Assembly (NCBI GenBank): GCA_000004985.1
Contig: GG738847.1
Direction: 5' to 3' (one strand)
DNA length: 64,000 nucleotides
Origin: Naegleria gruberi
Lineage: Eukaryota
Shown: one piece after another, positions 60,096 through 64,000 of the stretch
Position numbering within the stretch: position 1 is the stretch's first letter
Layout: each line of letters opens with the position of its first letter
Made by a program: the position numbers and the translations under genes
Notes under the pieces: generated by a model
Database searches by the model: none
Told to the model about the DNA's origin: nothing
The model's input: only the letters and a program-made list of their open reading frames with translations

Positions 60096-61627
60096 ATGGT
60101 TGTTTGTAGATATTGGTTGCAAGGTTGTTGTCGATATGGCAATTCTTGTTGGTATGATCATTTCAAAACAACAGAACATTCATCATCCCATCAAGTTAAC
60201 TTGGAACTAATTAAATCATGGGAAAAGGAATTAAAAGAGCAAGAATCAAGTTTAGAGAGCATATTACTTGATGCAGACGAACACTATTATGAAAATAGTG
60301 AATATGAGGATTGGGATGATGATGATGCTCAAAAAATTAGAAATGCATTATTACATGGAAAGGAATTGTATATTTATGAAGATGACGATTCCGATTATTA
60401 TGAGGATGAGGATGATGAAGATGAAGAAGAGGATTCCGATGATGAAGATGATGATATTTGGAAAAGAAAGGTCGTATAAATTCTGACGATGAGGAAGATG
60501 AGGAAGATTCCGATGAAGATGAAGATGAAGAAAAAGATTTGAATTATTATGCAAACAAAGTTCGTCAACGCCATAGAAAGAAGAGAAAATTGAATGATTC
60601 TAAACGTTCAACACAATCTATCAATACTAATGTATTAATTATTCAACATTCTAATTATCATTTTACAAAATGGTTAAATACTATTATATTACATAATATT
60701 TTCATGTATTTACCAAATAGTGATCAATTATCATTTAGACTTGTTCATTCAGCTTTTACCAATGAACTCTACATTGGATATAATAGTCATTTACAATATC
60801 AATGCAAATATCAATTTCAACTATTTCTCCTCTTTAAAAATTTAATTAAAAATTATTTAAGTGAAAAATCTACAAAACCATCCACCATGCAATTTATTAA
60901 TGGATGTATACTTCATTTAAATGCACAAATATTAAATAATGAATTGATATCAAATAATCATTCCACTCTGATGAATCTTTATATTGATGATGAAGATGAA
61001 AATTTAAAAACATTGAAAAATTATAAACAATTATTTAAGGATGAAAATGTTAAATTTACAAGTTGGGCATCTGTAAAATTAGGTCATTCACAAGGAAGTG
61101 TTTGTGAATTATCTATAAAAAGAAAAGATGGAAATGGATATGTGAAATTATTTCAACATCATGTCAAGACTATATATAGTAGAGATGATACATGTCATGT
61201 TTATTATTATTTGACGACAAATAGCACTGAAAAAGGAATGGAAACATTGATATTAACTGATACTTATGAATCAGATAAAGTATTTCATAATAAGGAAGCA
61301 TTGAATAATGTATTTTCCTTATTGGATATTCCTTCAAATTGGAATTTGAATGATTTTGTTACATTTCTAATGATTTGTTCATGCTCATTCTATATTAATA
61401 TTAATGAATTTAATGGAAAGAAATATGCAATAGTTGATATTTTACAATTTTTACAATTACAAGATGTTAATTTTAATTTATTATCATCCAAAAATAATTC
61501 TGCGAATGATGTGAGTTCTATTCGTAAAAATTGTCATTCACATTATGAATTAGATGGAATTAAAAAGATGGAACAACTTGTGAATACAATTTCATCAACC
61601 ATCACAATCAAATCATTTCAATTCTAG
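60096..61627 (+). CDS. CCCH zinc-finger protein with an acidic Asp/Glu tract and an F-box-like segment; frame change at ~60440-60480
   Basis: ATG at 60096. The CCCH finger is CRYWLQGCCRYGNSCWYDH (C-x7-C-x5-C-x3-H). The acidic repeats EDEDDEDEEEDSDDEDDD and DDEEDEEDSDEDEDEE lie in two frames offset by +1. Downstream is ILHNIFMYLPNSDQLSFRLVHSAF. Confidence 0.45.
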
Positions 61628-61744
61628 TCAATATTTGAAAAGTTTAATTGATTTGCGAAATTTCTGTATGAAATATTCTGGAAAATTAGTAAAATTTGAT
61701 ACTAGTGATTATGGTTTCATACTAAATCAAAGGTAGAAAAATAT

Positions 61745-62256
61745 TTGAAAAGGAAACAATTAAATGATAATGATAGGAAGGGTTTTTCAGTTTCCATAAA
61801 AAGTAAAGAAATTTTAACTGAAATGAAAATTTATTCAGAATGTAATTTTAAAACAAATAATAATGAAATATTGAATGTAATACTTGAAGTGACATGTTTT
61901 AATGGATACCATTATGATTCAACTAGTTTTAAAATAATTAAGAACAAGACTGAGAAAATTGAATGGAGAGGTATGTTACAATATATTTAATTATTTCAAT
62001 ATATTTAATTTTTATTTTAAATGTGTGTTAATGAATAGATAAAAATACACTAATTGAATCAGAATCATTTATTACAGATTTGAAGAATAAGTTATTGAGT
62101 GATATGAAAGGTAGTGTGAGTAATAAGAAGTTTATAAAATCTCTCATTATCGTCATGTCAAAACATCATTATCACTTATTTTCCAATTCACAAAATTATA
62201 CTGCAACACACAAGAATACAATTGTTGAGGAGGTTATTGGTGCTATTACAGATTAG
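61745..62256 (+). CDS. small hypothetical protein, two exons
   Basis: An ORF from 61745 (TTG in the track) runs to GAATGGAGAG|GTATGT at ~61975. An acceptor aatgaatag at ~62038 continues in frame to TAG at ~62256. Weak. Confidence 0.25.
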
Positions 62257-62309
62257 TGTTCATAATGGCGTCTTGCAATATTTCCAATTAAATTTACAAG
62301 TCAATAAAT

Positions 62310-63761
62310 TTAATATTTTACAATTAGGTCTGAAAAGCAATTTTCATCTGTTGAAACAATCTTTTTCAAATTTTCGTTGAAATATTTGAGACATTTGCTG
62401 TCCATTAGCTTCTTATTGTAGACTACAAAGTGCCATCCACCACATTCGACACTATTCGTTTCATAATTATTTAACATTTCCTCTTTTCCAAATGCATGAT
62501 AAATACAGTTGACTATATTGACACCATCATCAGCAAATATGTACTTTTTCGAAGAGGAATTTGCAGAATCTCCAACAATGATAAATCCATGATCATTGAT
62601 AAATGTTGTTGCAATTGAGGAACAAATTATTCTATTTGGTTGGAATTTGTGTTGGCTTGTAGAGTTGCCTTCATAAACGGGACTATCTGATGTCAGATAT
62701 GGTCGTAAGGGGAATGATGGAAAATTAATCTTTTGGAAATACTGATCTGGACCATGACTTCCACATTGTGAATAGGTATTATAACCTGAATCATCATATT
62801 TTGAATGAGTTTGAAAGCAATAAAATTACTTACCACACATGTAAACATCTCCATTCTCCAATAAAACTCCCGTGTGAAAATATCCACATTTGATTTGATT
62901 AATTCTTTCTCCTTGAAATGGCGTTTTCAATTCAGTGAACTTGTCATTGGATACTTGACCATTTTGTGTACGGAATTGATCATCACCATGACAGAGAATT
63001 TGATGTTTTCGATCCTGAGTTTCATAAACTACAAATGTTGATCTCCCACTCAATGCCGACATGACATACTTCCTCTCTGTTAAATCCAAATGTAATTTTG
63101 GATCCTCTGAAAACGAGCTAGCATCAGCACGAAAATAATACACCATATTATCAGTTCCACGAACGAGAATATGAAGTGCAAGAGGTCCACTCACAATTTC
63201 CTTAATCCCCAAACTGGAATCATCCATAAATTTCTTTGACTTGTGTAAAGTTCCAGATGAACTTTCAATAGCCAATATCAACTTATTCCTCATTTGTAAT
63301 ATTATGAATACCTGATTACAAAACACATTTTCCACTTGATAACAATTTCCCAATTTCAATTCTTCTATAGCCAATCGATAATCCAATTGATAAAACGGAT
63401 TACTATCATTATTCAACACATCCACACTCGTATCACCACCACCATTCACATTCCGAAATGCATCATTCATCACAACATAATTAAGTGATTTAAAGTAGGG
63501 TGATTGAGTTGTTTTAGGTGTTGAAAACTTGATATACAACTCTTCAGCAGCAGCATTATTCAATGCTTGATTACCAATAGAATCCCACAATCGCACCACA
63601 AAAAAAGTTCCACCACAACTAACACTCCTCACCGACCGATCAATTGTTGTTGTATTGATATTTGGATGAAGAGGAGAGGGCATAAAATCGGAATGAGGAA
63701 CGTAGACTGGTGTCGTTTGTATTCCCAATATTAGAAGGGGAATTGTATTCATCATCATCAT
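62310..63761 (-). CDS. RCC1-like repeat (beta-propeller) protein with an N-terminal signal peptide, two exons
   Basis: Exon 1 is 62834..63761 (ATG 63759-63761; MMMMNTIPLLILGIQTTPVYV). A 48-nt intron spans 62786..62833 (GTAAGT…gattcag). Exon 2 is 62310..62785. RCC1-like blade motifs include KCGYFHTGVLLENGDVYMCG-G and ECGGWHFVVY. Confidence 0.6.
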
Positions 63762-64000
63762 TAATAACTATTTTAATAAGTTGTGATCAAAAATGAGTGA
63801 TTGAAATAGTTGGTGATCTTTGATCAAATTTTTGTATTTTTTTTATATGAAAAATCTAAAATGAAAAAGATTGAAATATTATTTAATTAATTCGTTGTAG
63901 CTCAGTCGGTATAATATTTAATGTGTTGTAAATGACTTCCAAACATTATTTGTTATATTAGAGAATTATTTAGGTTTTTTTACCAAGAATGTAAGCTGGC

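Noticed and set aside
63898-63935. tRNA 5'-half-like string GTTGTAGCTCAGTCGGTA near the window end
   Set aside because: The D-arm-like match is followed by AT-rich sequence with no D-stem closure, no anticodon arm, no T-arm and no 3' acceptor complement. It is probably a chance match or a tiny tRNA-fragment relic, not a gene.
1-64000. CRISPR arrays, prokaryotic operons, rRNA genes
   Set aside because: This is a eukaryotic nuclear sequence with spliceosomal introns. No direct-repeat/spacer arrays and no rRNA-like conserved blocks were seen.

Overview
This window reads as a eukaryotic nuclear draft-assembly segment. It is AT-rich (intergenic GC near 15-20%), its proteins carry long Asn/Gln/Ser/Thr homopolymers, it has very short GT..AG introns (41-117 nt), and there are four N-gaps. 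The composition and gene content fit a dictyostelid social amoeba; the species cannot be named from sequence alone. The ORF track uses TTG/GTG as pseudo-starts, so I moved starts to the first sensible ATG and joined ORFs across introns where the peptide continuity was clear. I find about 36 protein-coding genes. The ones I recognise are: an M14 carboxypeptidase, a SAPS-like protein, a TauE/SafE transporter, ISCA, a BRCT protein, an ankyrin-hemerythrin fusion, a lipoyl-domain protein, a hexapeptide acetyltransferase, a haspin-like kinase, an Aa_trans amino-acid transporter, seipin, CCT-beta, a SWR1/SRCAP ATPase, TTC38, SDHAF4, a COQ6/UbiH-like monooxygenase, urocanase, a BAR+GYF protein, LRR and F-box proteins, and an RCC1-like protein. 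There is one canonical tRNA-Phe(GAA). There is also one aberrant tRNA-shaped Pol III gene with a roughly 110-nt insertion and an initiator-type T-loop; this is the most unusual element in the window. Other notable items are a ~450-bp palindromic inverted-repeat element, a 22-bp tandem duplication breaking an ORF, a 36-bp coding fragment duplicated across a gap, and repeated +/-1 frameshifts at homopolymers that look like assembly errors. I see no CRISPR and nothing prokaryotic.
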